DNA of 63,488 nt, the filler included, from Klebsormidium nitens (lineage: Eukaryota > Plantae > Klebsormidiophyceae): the NCBI GenBank assembly GCA_000708835.1. It is 8 parts of 8 records of this genome, joined end to end, with 100 filler letters (N's around TTAATTAATTAA, not from the genome) between each part and the next. Parts side by side here need not be neighbours in the genome. Positions count along the whole stretch, not along the records: positions 36,575 to 43,669 come from DF238318.1; positions 43,770 to 52,916 come from DF237799.1; 6 more parts are not named here. One strand, written 5' to 3'. The stretch's first letter is position 1; every line of letters starts with the position of its first letter. Below the pieces are notes generated by a model. That model ran no database searches. It was not told the DNA's origin and saw only the letters and a program-made list of their open reading frames with translations. This document shows positions 36,935 to 50,427 of this stretch, one piece after another. The position numbers were made by a program, and so were the translations under genes.

Positions 36935-39900
36935 ATGGCAGCGGCCAGTGTGGCCAATGCTGTGAAAGTCCACATTGATGCGTGGAGTGATATTGCTTGC
37001 CCCTGGTGCTATGTCGGAAAGGTGCGCCACCATTCCCCGGGCCAACATGCAGCTGATCTCTGAAACTGGCAAATGATCAAGCCCAGATGCTGCGCCTCTA
37101 CTTCATTGTTGGAATCGTCGATCAGCTCCACTCTCTCACTGCAACAAATGTCAATCATCATCTATGGAAGCAAGCTCATTCTCAAAACACAGAAGCAAAG
37201 GCGGAGGCTTTGCAATTCCATCCTGTTTCAAAAATCTGTCAATAGAAATTCATACGTTGTACAGATTCTCTTCCTGGAGGAATTGACCTGTCAAACAGCG
37301 GGCAATGTAAGCCTGTTCATAAGGGGAAAATCTCAGTTTCTGCAGGCACGACTCGATCAAGCTATTCGGAATGTGGAGATGAGGTCTGCTGGAAAGCCCT
37401 TGAAGGTGGAAGTAGCATGGTGAGGTTTGCAACTCCATTCAGTTCCTTTCGTTCTGCACCACCTTCTTTTGATAGATGGACAACATTGACTTTGAAATGA
37501 GGTTGCGATCTCAATAGCCATCATAGGCCATTGACTTACACCTACAGTATTAAACTTGCCCTTCTGATTTTTGTACAGGTTGCGGTAGACCTTCTGCGGT
37601 CAGATAAGAAGGGAGCAGGGAACTCAACCCAGGGAATTCAAGTTACTGATTAAGTAAAGTGGGTCCTTTTGTTGCAGCACTCGGAACAGATCTTTCCAAT
37701 GTTGCACCGTTCAACGAAAGACAAGTGGCATTAATTCGAATATTGAGCATGTATTTAGTGTGCCTTCTGCGGGCTGACCAGCTGATTCATCTCCAGATTG
37801 CGAAGAGATTACCTACTCTTCAAATCTGGCTCAGAATTTGTAAGAATCGACATTCTTTGCATCTAGGCATCCTTACATGATCGACCTGGGGACAAACCCA
37901 GCGGGGGAGGACTACCTAGCCTACAACAAGCGGAGATGGGGCTCTGGTGGCTGGACGCAATCATTACGAGGGTGAGGATCGCGTCTGACCATTGCTTGCG
38001 CACAATCCCATTCTTCGGCTTGTAACGACATGGGCCTGAGAAAGGAAAGAAGGGAAGGCAAAGAGAGAGAGCGGATATGTTCAGGCCAGACGCTTGTGGT
38101 GAATCTGAGACCCGATCAAAGTGACATTAGCTGAGCTGATACCTTTATAAGTCGCCCCTTCAACTTCGACATGCACAGGTGCATCTCCAGTGCAAACTTC
38201 AAGGTCGAGAACTGAGTTTCTCAAGTGTCTCAACGATTGCACCCAAAGTACCTCGTCAGAAAGGACATCATCAGGATCATCACTTAAAATTTGGTCAGCG
38301 TTCCTTACATTGAAGCAGTCTTTCGTACCACCCTCGTTTAGGGAAGAGAGTTTTTGAAAGCTCTGTCTCCATGCATCTTTCGGGGGTCTGTCAGCTCTGT
38401 CTGTCGATCCCTTCGCTCTGAGTGGGGGGTTGCTCATGACATAACCTGCTTTCCTTGCCTGGTGTATAGGTCTGGGGCCAGGAACGGGCTGAAGTTCAAA
38501 GACTGGAACCACTGGCCGAATACGCTACATGCTCACAGGTGAGACACGGCTGCAGCAGTCTCTCACGACACCGTGACATCAATACGCTCTTTCAAGTAGC
38601 TCGCCGAGTTTCTGTCGGATGTTCTGTTGGGGGAGTCTTCATCAAAAGGAGACAAGCTCAGAGACGCTCTTCGACCAAGAGCATGCATCAACTTGTGACG
38701 ATCACACCTTGCAACAAGCCGTCTCGTTGTACTCTCGCCGCCGGTCCACCAGGCACGAAACGACGGGTTCGAGATTCCGAAATTGTCCTGGTGAAAACAT
38801 CTCGCACAGCAATCGGACACACCAATTCAACTGTCCCATCGAACGGTCAATCCCATTGCAGGCTCGTCGATCTTGCGAGCAGCGTCGGGAAGGGACCCGA
38901 AGCGGAGGACGTGCTATTCAGGAGAACGTACGAACTCGGACAGAACGTGTCTTCTTTGGACGTCCTGATCGAGGCGGGGCAAGAGCTGGACCTCCCCGGG
39001 GTAGAAGAATACCTGGTCAGCCTTTTCTCCCTCTTGCTAGTTGCGTAGGACGTGCTCTTCCGGAAAACGTACGGACTCAGACAGAACGTGTCGTCTTTGG
39101 ACGTTCTGATGGAGGCGGGGCGGAAGCTGGACATCCCCTGGGTAGAAGAATACCTGGTCAGCCTTTTCTCCCTCTCGCTAGTTGCGTTCGTTCAGGACTC
39201 TCGTGAGTGGAGTTCTACTTCCTCTCAGAGTGAAACGATCGGTAAAAGCGCTTCTGGTCAACACCACCAGATATGTCGAGTTTGAAGTTGGTTTGACTTT
39301 TCGGGCCGGCTTTGCTATCGTACTGGAAACCTAAAAGTTTCAGCCTCGGAAAGAGTCCCCTATCGGGCTAGCAACATGAGGACGTCGGCTGTCCCGAACC
39401 GGTCCGAGAGCCTATATAAGGTCAAGGACGTTGTGTTGAAAGCTCCCGCCTGAATTCAGATTCCCTTTCAGAGTTTCCTTCCTAATGTCACGGACTTGAG
39501 AGCGGCGAAGTTGCTTTCCTATTCTTATCCAGAGAGTTTGATGGACCTTCGCGTCAGGGAAGTATCTGGCGGACCTTCTTTGCAAATTGAAGCTTGTAGC
39601 CAACTCGTTCTGTCGAATCTCAAGTCCCCTTTGCTTGAAGTATCCGATGTTTTAAACTTGAAGTCCCCCACCGGTCAGATCTTCTTCTGCCGCGGATAGG
39701 ACCAGCCGAAGACTGCGACGATCTTTTGAGTAGAGACTCAAGGCGACAACCAACGCACCTGTTCTGCGTTTTGCAGAGGTCGGATCAGGGCCTAGCGGAG
39801 GTGAAGCAACAAGACCGGGACGCCAAATCCCGAATGCAGATCCGAAGCGTGCCGTACTTTGTCCTTCAACAAGAGTACGCCCTCTCTGGGGCGCAGGTAA

Positions 39901-40252
39901 GCAGCAATTACGCCGCTAGCTACATTGAGTGCCAGCGACTTACTTACGGCAATCCAACGCAGAGTAGTCTGATTTTATTTATGGTATTGAGTCTGCGTCG
40001 AACTGTAAGTGCATGACTGATCTCGGGTGCGCATGTTGGCTTTCTTGTGCGTCAATCCGAGGGGATTCAAACGCGTAGTCTGCTGTCGTGTCAGCAAGTG
40101 CTTGTTGGAACTCGTATTGAGGCGACGAGAGAGCATCCAATCCCTCATTCTCTTGTCGACAAGGCGGAAACATAGTTTTCATTTCGTGACTTGATTGCCA
40201 GGACGTCAAAACCTTTCAAGAAGCTATCGAACGGGCTGCCGAAATCCAGTAG
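36935..40252 (+). CDS. DsbA-family (FrnE-like) thioredoxin-fold oxidoreductase
   Basis: Exons 36935-37021, 37346-37419, 37867-37971, 38470-38538, 38862-39015, 39777-39896, 40202-40252. IDAWSDIACPWCYVGK (CxxC), WHPYMID, NTLHAHRL, SVPYFVL..ALSGAQ, all GT-AG and in frame. Confidence 0.92.
38908..39187 (+). repeat. 141-bp tandem duplication of the 3' part of exon 5 plus donor, creating a potential extra in-frame exon 39049-39156
   Basis: DVLFRRTYELGQNVSSLDVLIEAGQELDLPGVEEYL versus DVLFRKTYGLRQNVSSLDVLMEAGRKLDIPWVEEYL, both followed by gtcagccttttctccctc. Confidence 0.9.
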
Positions 40253-41019
40253 GAAGGAGAAATGGTGGCGAAACGTGACCCCATCGTACATGCAGCCAGC
40301 TGTCACGACAACTCAACGAGATCAATGGTTCAGTACAGTACAGAACGTTGTCACGAGTAAGGAGGAACTCAATTCGCTCAGTAGGGATCGTTCATGCAAG
40401 CACCCAATGTCCGAGACAGCGCTGATGAGAAGCAAGAATCAGTATCAATATCCACACCATGCAGTTTGCTAGAGTTCGCGTGAATCAAAGATACTTGCGA
40501 GGGCATATGGAGTGAGTTGAAGATGTCATGCATGCATCGATTAGAGCAGTGGCGCATGCATGGATGAGTGCTGGCACGCGACTGAGTATTGCGACGGCTG
40601 TATATGCACGGCCGACTGCGTGCATTTGTTCATAAGTGCTGCACTGCATGGGCCCATGCTTGACATATGTACGTCCGGTTAGTTAGTAGTCCGAAACTCA
40701 TTTCTAACGGTACAGACTGTTCATGGCCGTGGCCGCAAGGTTATATTTGCTGCACAAATGGCAAAGATCATCTAGAAGATGCAAGTCGGATTTTCACGTC
40801 GTAAAGCACAAGCTGCACGGAATCCTACAGCAGGAACAGCCCTCAATAATGGCGCTCGTGACTAACAAATGTGTCGAGGCTCATGCAAGACGACAGTCAA
40901 CCTGGCCAAAAGGAAGCGTAGCTCTTTGTGCGATTGACGTTCAGGTACGAGTGGCTTGCAACAGACCAGAAGCTAACAATGTACAAGTGTTCAATGTACG
41001 CAACTCGTGGAGCTGCAGC

Positions 41020-42781
41020 CTACGCAGTACTGCAATCCTCAGCAAGCTGTGTCGCCTTTGTGATGTACTCCTGCTTCGCCAAGTCCTTGGACTTGCCTGC
41101 AAGGAGAGAATGTGAATACGACATTTCAATCCTGTTCTGTAGAGCTCTGCTTGCAAACAACAATAGAGCCTGAAACTCACTCTGTTTGTAGGCAGCGACC
41201 AGAAACTTTCACCTCCGCCCACATCTGTTGGTTCTGGACTCCACTTACTTGAGTGCATGCAAACACACACCAGCAGTCTGTACTGAGGCAGGGATGATAC
41301 TTGTGCACAGGACGTTCAAGCCTTCCGAAGAGACTGCAAACCAGTTTTTGACAGGTTTGTAGCCCCCAACGAATAATCTAACATACCTTCGTTTTTCTTC
41401 CAAGCATCCCACTTTGCCTTGCCTTTGGGGTCAAAGAGTCCTGGTCTTGCTGCAAAGAAGATGTCATGGGTGAAGTAATTGCTTGCACCTTGTTCCAGCT
41501 TTGACCTCAGAATATGGCTTTTGGATTGCCAAACAAACTAGACTGAAGACGAGCTGCTTATCATGACGAATAAAGAACGTTCGCAGCACTTGCGCAGCTG
41601 ATCCTCATTGATATGTTTCAAAGCTTGAGCGACCAGTGATTCCATTCTAGGAGATAAGTTTGCTGTCCAACACACAGAAGGCGGCGCCGCAGTCTGCTTT
41701 TGCCGACAGCAGCGAACAACATGCCTCATGGTTTGCAGTCGCTTGTGGACGACGCACAGATGTAATCATATGGATGCCACTACGTTTTCTAGAGTGGTTG
41801 ACAAGCTTCAGAGCAACTTGCACAAGGATTACAACTTCCAACGAAAGGGCATGAAAGAAGACCTATTTTAAACTCACAGGTGTTCACGTCCCCAACGGTT
41901 GCCTGCTTGTACAGCCCGTACACGATGAGAAGGTCATCATCGCTTGGTTTCTTCTTGAAGTTGTTGACCTTCTCCACAGCAGCCAAGAAATCCTCCTGCA
42001 CGCGTGGACAGAATTTGCTTGAGGGCACTCACCAGATCAGCAGTGAGCGGACAGACCTGGGGGTATGAACTTGGTTGAAATGCCCTCTACTCTTTGCCAT
42101 TGAAAATGGATCACTCCGTTATGATGGCTGAAACCCTGCACTTCTTCAATCGCCGTTCTGCCAGAGACCCTGCACTTGCAATTTGAAAACCCTCGCAACC
42201 GCCAGATGTCCAGAGGTCACTATAGAAAACAGCTGATCCATGACCAGGCCCTTGTGAGCTTCCAAAAAGATAGGCGAGTAGATACCCTGTACGGACTTGG
42301 AGGACAGCAACATATAGAGGTCTGAATTGATGGAAAAATGAACAGCTGTGAGATAACCGAGAAACAAGCCAGAGATACAAACAAGCCAACAAATAATAAA
42401 ATCAAACCAATGCTGGCCTCCTTGGGGGAAACCATGCTGAACATGCCGACACGAGCTTTCTGCAAAGCTTTCTGCAAGAGTGTGGGTCTGCGTAGTAACT
42501 TCTGAAACGAAGGTAAAGCACGCTATAGGAGCATGGACAGAAATGAAGAATTGGTGCTAGAATGTGATCTAAGAGCCATCGAGGCCCCTGTCGAGCTGCT
42601 CTGTTTCAGTCAGCAGACAAATATCAGCCCCACTTCGATTGCGGTCCTCAGTACCAGCATTAAAATCCTTGAGTCCGAAATAGATGAACATGCATCAAAG
42701 CTGATGAGACAAACAAGGCCATAATACACAACGGAAGCTGGCACAAAACGACTGGACAAATAGCCCTACCTCGAGCCCCAT
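41020..42781 (-). CDS. ACBP: Small cytosolic acyl-CoA-binding protein, 89 aa
   Basis: Exons 42781-42770, 41995-41878, 41449-41387, 41096-41020 (270 nt): [65 protein letters not shown]. Contains YKQAT and KWDAW motifs. Confidence 0.96.
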
Positions 42782-43669
42782 TGTTGCCCTGATTCTTGTG
42801 TCTCCTCTTCCTTGGCGCTTTGTTGTTGGCGACGATATCCGCGAGGACCCAGCTCTTCCTTCAAACTCGTACTATGCTTTCTTGAGAATCTTCTGAGAGA
42901 GTGAAACTTCAAGCTCCAGAATGTTGAAAGAGTGAAACTACAACACTGACAGTGAGAGTTCGACTCTCGAGCTCAGACTCGACCGGTCCAGGTCAGCATT
43001 TTCGGCTACCGTAGTTCCGGCCGGCCCAAACCCATCATCCGCTGCCGCTCAAAACCTAGAACTCAAGACCCAGGGCCAGGTTTGGTAGAACCCGGCGTCC
43101 GCTTGGTGAGAGACGGTGATGAGCCTCGACAGACAACCGACGGTTTTATTATCAATGTCGAAGCGAGCAGGAATATTATACTGTATATGTAAACATAATA
43201 ATATTAGTAGTCTCTTGAGCGCAGACGCCAGCCAAAATGTTGGCGCAGGCAGAATTGTAAGCGGGCGGACTCCTCATATCCAAACCCGCTAACAAGGTCA
43301 AAACGACTTGGCGAGGTCCCAAAACGCTCTCTACAAGTTTCCGCCATCATTGGGTGTCATTCGCCCGGTCCATTTGAATGCCCAAATGTCCATTTTAGCC
43401 GGGGAAGACAGAGATAGGTTCACTTCGTCCTTGACACTGAGGGCTCCACCGCTTGCGCTGACCCGAAAATTGGTGGAAATGGTAGCCAACGGGCCATATA
43501 AGAGGTTTGTAAATTTTGGTGGACGCGCCCGCCGTGGAGCCCATACGGTCTGCTCGCTACTGGACGCTACATATTCTGGCTGGGCGTCTGCGCCCTCTGC
43601 TTGAGCGTGCACATTGTCATGAGCGATCAGTTGGTCTCAAATGCGGACAGCTACCTGAGTTAGCTAGGG

Positions 43670-43769
43670 NNNNNNNNNNNNNNNNNNNNNNNNNNNNNNN
43701 NNNNNNNNNNNNNTTAATTAATTAANNNNNNNNNNNNNNNNNNNNNNNNNNNNNNNNNNNNNNNNNNNN
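43670..43769. other. Artificial contig linker
   Basis: N44-TTAATTAATTAA-N44. Confidence 0.97.
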
Positions 43770-44595
43770 TAGCGGCAACTGCCGAACAGTTCTGCCGTCG
43801 ACGGGGCAGACAGTGGCTTCTGCATCAGCTGTGAAGGGTGTTGTTAAGGACTTGTCAAAGACGTACACGCTGCTCGGTTTCCCCGGGCACGAGAATCCTG
43901 CAAAGGCGGAACCTGTGAAGTCCTTCCGAGACGGGTACGAGAAGTATCTGCACGACGAAGGGATTAAAGTACAGAGAGCGAAAGTATTCTCGGAAAAGAA
44001 GCTGGACGCTCTCTTGCGGTTTTTGTCGGAGCGCCTGCAAGCAGAAACCGATGCTCTATAACTTTGTACGTTACTGATGGATCAGGCCGCAGTTTTGTAT
44101 CTCTGGGAGTCGTTAGCGCGGGGGAAAGAGTGCGGAGCTCTAAGCGCCGACCAGGTGGAAGGAGGGGCGACTCCTGCGGCCTATCCTGGTTGGAGCAAAA
44201 CAGTCAGGCAGGAGCCCAGCGCACGGATTCCCCTCGCCCAGCCAGCGGCGTCTTCCCGCCTCACTTTCGTAGAAGCTACAGCCCGGTTAGTGAAGGGTTT
44301 GGAGCTAATCGGGGATCACGCGACCGATGGTTACCTGTTCCGCGCCCAGAACCGCCAGCGAACAGGCTTCTCTCCCGGGCCGATCTCCAGTGCGTGCCTG
44401 CGAAAACGGATCCAGCGGCGCCTGCAACAAGCTGGTCTCTTCGAGGGAGAAACTCTGCATAGTTTTTGGAGGTCGGCGGTTCAGCACGCCGCCGTTAATT
44501 TGAATTACAATGTGAAGCAGTTGATGGAATTAGGACGGTAGAAAAGTTACTCTGCTTTCAAAGTATACGTGGAAGAGGTTTGGCAGCGGCGTTGA
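43770..44595 (+). pseudogene. Tyrosine recombinase of the retrotransposon, inactivated
   Basis: One frame: ENPAKAEPV..ESLARGKECG (first Arg)..WSKT..GYLFR..TLHSFWRSAVQH (HxxR decayed to HSFW)..LGR*KSYSAFKVY (catalytic Tyr). Stops at 44059-44061 and 44539-44541. Confidence 0.88.
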
Positions 44596-44668
44596 ACAGA
44601 ATTGTTTACATATCAATGTCATGACCCAGTCCTGCACACCCGTGCCTCATGCCTGCGCTATGCAATGT

Positions 44669-47600
44669 CTACCACCTGATGCCGAATGCTCTCAGCTTGT
44701 ACATCGCTGGGTTTACAGTTCCTTGTGAAACTCTGAAACTGGGCGCACAAATGCTTGCGCTGCGCGGCAACTCCAATGGGCCCGACAAGCAGGCCTCCGC
44801 GCCAATGTTCTGGAGCGCCATCCACCAGTTGGTGGCCGGCGCTTCTGGTACGACGAGGATGCAGTCCGTCCGGAACCGCCGAACCGACTGGATGACGTCA
44901 CTCAGCAGCCGCACGGGGGGAAAGACCCATGCCACGTCGCCCGGCGCCAGCAGCTCGCTCCAGTCGGACCGCATAGCGTCTGCTGCCAGGCCCACCGGCG
45001 CCAAGTGCAGGCTCACGAACCGCTCCGTGATATGCCACGTTTCCGAAGCGAATAGGTCGATCGCCGGCTTTACCCCGAAGTGGATCAGGACCTTGCGCAC
45101 CTCCGTTTCCCCAAGCCCCCAATCTGAGCTGTCCTGATGCTTGCTCAAATCGTCTTCTTCCTGCATCTCCGCCCGCGGCCGCCATTGGGCGATGACGTCA
45201 AAATCCGCCTCGACGCACAGCTCGAAGAGCTGCCTCAACGCCTCGTTCACGTCCGGCGCCCGGCTGTTCATGGCGTTCACAGCCCTTACAGCACCCTGGT
45301 TGTCTCCCAAAAGGAGGACCGCCGAACCCTTGAGCGCGTTCCCCGCGCGCGCGCGCGCCTCTGACAGCACCCGGAGAAACGCGACCATCTCGCGCGCGGT
45401 GCTGGACATGCGCTTCTCCTCGTCGGAGAGGGCCCCGGCTACCGTCAATTTTTCCTTTCCTGGGATCTTGATTGTACCCCCGAACCCCGATTCCGATGCG
45501 TCTGAGCCCGCTTCAACTGCAAGCTGCGCGGGTACCATCGCCGCCCATTCCACTCGTCGAGGCGAAGCAGGAAAGTCCTCGCCGCTTGCCGCGCAGACTC
45601 CGGCGTCACGAAGACGTCATCCCANNNNNNNNNNNNNNNNNNNNNNNNNNNNNNNNNNNNNNNNNNNNNNNNNNNNNNNNNNNNNNNNNNNNNNNNNNNN
45701 NNNNNNNNNNNNNNNNNNNNNNNNNNNNNNNNNNNNNNNNNNNNNNNNNNNNNNNNNNNNNNNNNNNNNNNNNNNNNNNNNNNNNNNNNNNNNNNNNNNN
45801 NNNNNNNNNNNNNNNNNNNNNNNNNNNNNNNNNNNNNNNNNNNNNNNNNNNNNNNNNNNNNNNNNNNNNNNNNNNNNNNNNNNNNNNNNNNNNNNNNNNN
45901 NNNNNNNNNNNNNNNNNNNNNNNNNNNNNNNNNNNNNNNNNNNNNNNNNNNNNNNNNNNNNNNNNNNNNNNNNNNNNNNNNNNNNNNNNNNNNNNNNNNN
46001 NNNNNNNNNNNNNNNNNNNNNNNNNNNNNNNNNNNNNNNNNNNNNNNNNNNNNNNNNNNNNNNNNNNNNNNNNNNNNNNNNNNNNNNNNNNNNNNNNNNN
46101 NNNNCCAGAAATCCTTAGTCCCCGTTAGCCCGTCGTCGAGGTAGCTCGAGATCGGGATGCTTCTCAGCCGCAGCTCCTTGGCCGCTTCCTGCGTCAGCAG
46201 GGTGTAAACGAAGCAGGCTTCCGACCACCCAAAGCACATGCCGTTGTAGTGCATGTACACGTCGCCAACCTTGATGCCGAAGTACTTTCGGAAGGCCGGG
46301 TGGATGAGGAGGTGGTAGTATCCGGCCTTGAAGTCCCAGGTCGTGAAGAAGCCCTGCTCTGTGAGAAAGGTGAGCACCTCTCTCAGGGTTTCGTACTTGA
46401 ACGCCTGGCGTTTTGAGAAGAGGTTAACGTATCGGGCGTTAACCACCAGCCGCCCCTTCGGCAAGTTAACCACCCCCAACGGGTTAACCACCTTCGGTTT
46501 GCCGGCGCCGGGGCCGTAAACTTCGAGCGTCCCGTTGACCACCATTTTTACCACTTCCCCAACGGCGAACTCGCTGTTATCGTAGAAAGACCGGTGGTTG
46601 TCGAACTCTACCGGGTGGGGAACCTGACCCGACAACATTGCGTCCACTTCTGCTGTCCCCACTGCCCGGGCGAGCATCGACTCGACCTGCTCCCGCTTTT
46701 TCGCGTCCGCTTCGTCCGTTCCCACGAACTGCGGCTTGACGCCATTCCGGAGCATTTTTAGGACCCGTTTCGAGGATTCCCTCTTGGAATCTTTCAGCAT
46801 CTCTTCCCAAGCTGGGAGGTGCCTCCCAAAACTGCCGGCGACAAACTCGTCCGGGTCGTACGCGTGCGCCCCGACTTCTTGAGCCAGTCCTCTATCTCCG
46901 CCTTCTGTTCCTGCGTCATCTCCTCGCCCGATCTGGGGCCCGGCGCCAAGTTAAGGTTCTCCCGCATGGCTTTCCGGAGCTGCTCTCCGTCGGGATTGGT
47001 CGCACTCCTTACTCGAAGCCCCATGAAGAACTGGTGGGAGCAATTCTGCAATTGCGCTGCGCTCCCTCTCACGAGAGGGTCCGACACTAAGTCGGGTTCG
47101 CTCTCGTCTTGCTCAAACTCTGGGGCGATCGATTCCGGGTTCGGCGGTTGCGCGGGCGGTTTTGGTAGACTGGCGCCTTCCTCATTTTCTGTGGTTTGCA
47201 GCTTACGGTCGGGCGCTGCTTGGATTGGCTCGCTTCTGCTCGAGCTCGGCGGGATAAGCGTTCCGTCCTGCCGTTCCGAGGCCGTTTTGCCCCGACTCTG
47301 TGGGCTGACCCGTTCGGGTGCGCTGGTTTCGTCCGCCCTTTGCGAAGGGTCGGGCCGCGTGCAGACCGTCTCGTTGGCCTTTTGGTCGGGTGCAGATTCC
47401 CTGCCAAGGTTCAGGAAGGTTAGCTTATGTAGAGCCGCAGCGGCGGTCTCGGAATCGAAGAAAACGTGGAGGTTCTGTGGACGAGAGTATTTTCTGCACA
47501 GGAATAATCTCGGTTCCACTAACCCAAATATGGGGAATTTGACCCCGAAAGCTGCACCGCCCGCGCGGGGTCGCTTTACTTTTGTCGTAGGCCGGGGCAT
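44669..47600 (-). CDS. DIRS-type pol: reverse transcriptase, RNase H and N6-adenine methyltransferase-like domain
   Basis: GRLVVNARYVN, WDFKAGYYH, MCFGWSEA, YLDD; RNase H SDASESGFG..TAREM..GDNQGAV..DDLSK; MT IDLFAS..DAMRSDW..WVFPP. Apparent frameshift near 46850 (LGRHLPAWEEM); N gap 45625-46104. Confidence 0.93.
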
Positions 47601-48203
47601 CTTATAGAGGTGAAAAATTTGTTCAGACGCCCCGGGTTAGTAATCTGCGGCGTCTAACGAGAACTTAACCCGTGGATTAACCGGGTTCGGCAGGCGTATT
47701 TACACCGAGTTCCGCGGTTAAAATTGCGACTCCGATAAGTCGTTCTGGCGGCCGCACGTCAACTCCGCGCTCTCGTCGATCAGAAGGAATCTCCATATCT
47801 GCATCCTTTACTAGTTGAGCGCAACATAAGATCGTTATTCACGTTCATGTGATGCAAAATTCATCCTAATGCCGCCGCACGCCGGGCCACGTATCGCCTC
47901 GCCGGAAGGAAAAGATCTTACTGATTGCATTCATTTTGCTTGTGCAGGCGCCACAAGGAAAGGATGGGCCGAATGAAGAGCCCATTCTCGGGCCCGTGAG
48001 ACTGAAGGACTGCCATGTAACATAACGTCAGTTACGTTCGTCGAGAAAGGAGAGGGCTGTCTTGAATCAGAATACTGGAGCCTTTTCAAACGTCTCGCCC
48101 GGGTCCGCCGACAGTCTTTCTGCTAAATCCTCGTCTCCCCTTTCCATCCTAGGATGTTCTGTTTAAGTTTCTCCTGTGTCTCTACGTTTTCTTGCAAATC
48201 TCC

Positions 48204-49740
48204 TTACCTACGGCCTGATCTATTTGCCGGAGCGCGATTGTCGCGATCTCCTCTATCATCGCGCTCGCGATCTTCAGGGCCTCGCTTGCCCCCCCAACCG
48301 GACCCTTTGCCGGCGCCCCCGGGTCCGTTCCTGTTGACCGGGGAGGAATGAGTCAGCGAAAACATGCCACTTCGGGGCCGCTTATTAACTCTTAATCTGA
48401 GGGCGTTCTTTCTAAGCCTCCGCCTGCCATTTCCGGCTCGCTCTCGTGCTATAATTGGCCTTAAGGCCGCCCATTGTGGGCAATCATCCGTTCGGATGTC
48501 CTGCCCTTTAACGGGCTGCTTGTTTCGATTCATACAATCCTCACTTCGGGAGGAGATGCCGCTAAATGTCTGACCGACAGCACCAGCAAGCTAGTCGTTC
48601 GGCCAGGTGCAGGACGGCCAAAATCGCTAACCTGATCCAGGCAAATTCTTTCCTGCGCCGCCACAATTTTCCAAGATTGTTGCTGCCGAATTCGTATTTG
48701 ACTAGCTCAGCAATACCTGACGAACTCCTAATGAGCCTCTTCTTATTCTCGTACATCGAAGGCTTTCTCGTCGACTAGATTGCAGGACATTCTCACCTGC
48801 CGAAGTTGTTACCGCCGCCTCCGGCGCCGCGCACGACGTTGGGGCGTGCGTGACCCTCGCCCACTTGCTCCGCCGCTTCTTTACGGTGCTCTTCATAAGC
48901 CTTCTTGATCTTCTTCTCCAGGTTGCGCACCGTCTCTGCTGACCACCCACTGCTGTCCCCTGCTTCCTCCAAGGCCAACTTCATGTCGGAGACGAATCCA
49001 TCAGCTAGGTATTCAAGGTCGAGCGACACGAAGTTGATTTGATTCGCGTAGAAGTACACTGCAGCCATCAGATGAGCCACTTTTGGATCGGGCTCCTTGT
49101 AAATCTCGAACATCTGCTCAAGCTTGGTGTGCCACGCCGGTGAATCACGGGGGATCTTCCTGAGTGCTGCCTCCATGTGGGATATCAGGGATCCCTTCTG
49201 CACGAATTCTTTAAATGCCCTCTCTAAGCGAGCAGCTCCCCCTGCCATGTCAGCTTCCCGCATAAACCCAGGGGTTAGCGCGTTGATCACCGCAGCTCCC
49301 GGCGTAACAGCTGGAGGATCAGGGATTCTGACCCTCCTTGCTGGCTGCTGTTCCGGAATCTGCTGCCCCTGAGGTGGCTGCTGAGCCTGGTCTGCATGCC
49401 CCATCTGACCCAAGGGCGCCCCGGGTGGAGCCCCCGGGATGGCCACCTCAAAAATATCATGCCTCAGCCCAAATTCCCGGAGCCCGGTGAGCAGCGTGTC
49501 TTGGGGGTACCTAGTACCCATGCCAATACTGAGCTCCGTCTTATCAACCAGTCTGTGCAAAAGCTCACCCCTTGCGTCTTCTAGCCAGAACTTTCCTGAG
49601 GCGGGATCCACATCTACTACTCTAGCCCAGAGCTTTCTTCCCGAGCCGGGCAATTCATGCAGCAAGTACTCTCCGATCAGCCCTTGCGGTCCTGCTAAGT
49701 GTATGAGGGTAGCCAACTGAGGCTCCATGCCCTGCGCCAT
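48204..49740 (-). CDS. ORF1/gag candidate of the YR element, unknown family, probably spliced
   Basis: 315-aa open frame from ATG 49740, GT donor after 48797, basic R/G/D-rich frame 48533-48204. Clear paralogue at 61724 (ARLE..V.KG.L.SH..WHTK..VAHLM.AVY.YA..VS.DLE.L). Confidence 0.55.
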
Positions 49741-50427
49741 CTCTATGTCTCTCTGGGCCGCTTCTCAGTGCCCTTGTACGGGGGAGGCCCCTTTAGTGTG
49801 AATACCCCCAAACCTACAAATGTCCCTAGAGGGCGCCTCGCCAGGCGCCTCCTCTTGCTTTTGAACAAACACGACCAATAAATTGAGGGTCTAACGCCAA
49901 GAAATTATGTAACGTCTTCTAAACTAGCTGACGCCTCAGCGCCAGGGTTTTAGAGGTTTAACAGCCGTCGGCCGCTCGGCCGACGGGTTGCGCACGCGCG
50001 CGCTTAGTTTTTCCCCGGTCGGTTGAGGACGGCGGCTAGCATAGCTTATGCTACACCGAGAGCATTCCCGGTCCTAAAACACTGTAGGACCTGGGATCAT
50101 CCCGACCGTCGCAGATCTTATCGTGGCGGAAGCAAGCATTCCCCTGCCGGCTGTACAAAGCCCACGGGCCACCGTCACTGTACGGACGGCCGTATACCTA
50201 CCGGTAGGTATTTTAAAAGTTATCCATCGATATAGATTAAATGACATCGCGAAAAGCAAATCGCAACTGCCCGGAATCGTGCTAAACGTTAAATCTGAGT
50301 AGCAATCAGGGCTATCTTGACTTTTCGATTTTCGAAAAGGCAAGGCAAACGCAAAATCACGGCAGCTCCGGACCATGTTAAACATTAAAACTGACCAACA
50401 ATGTATTATGTAGGGTGAACTTGTCAC

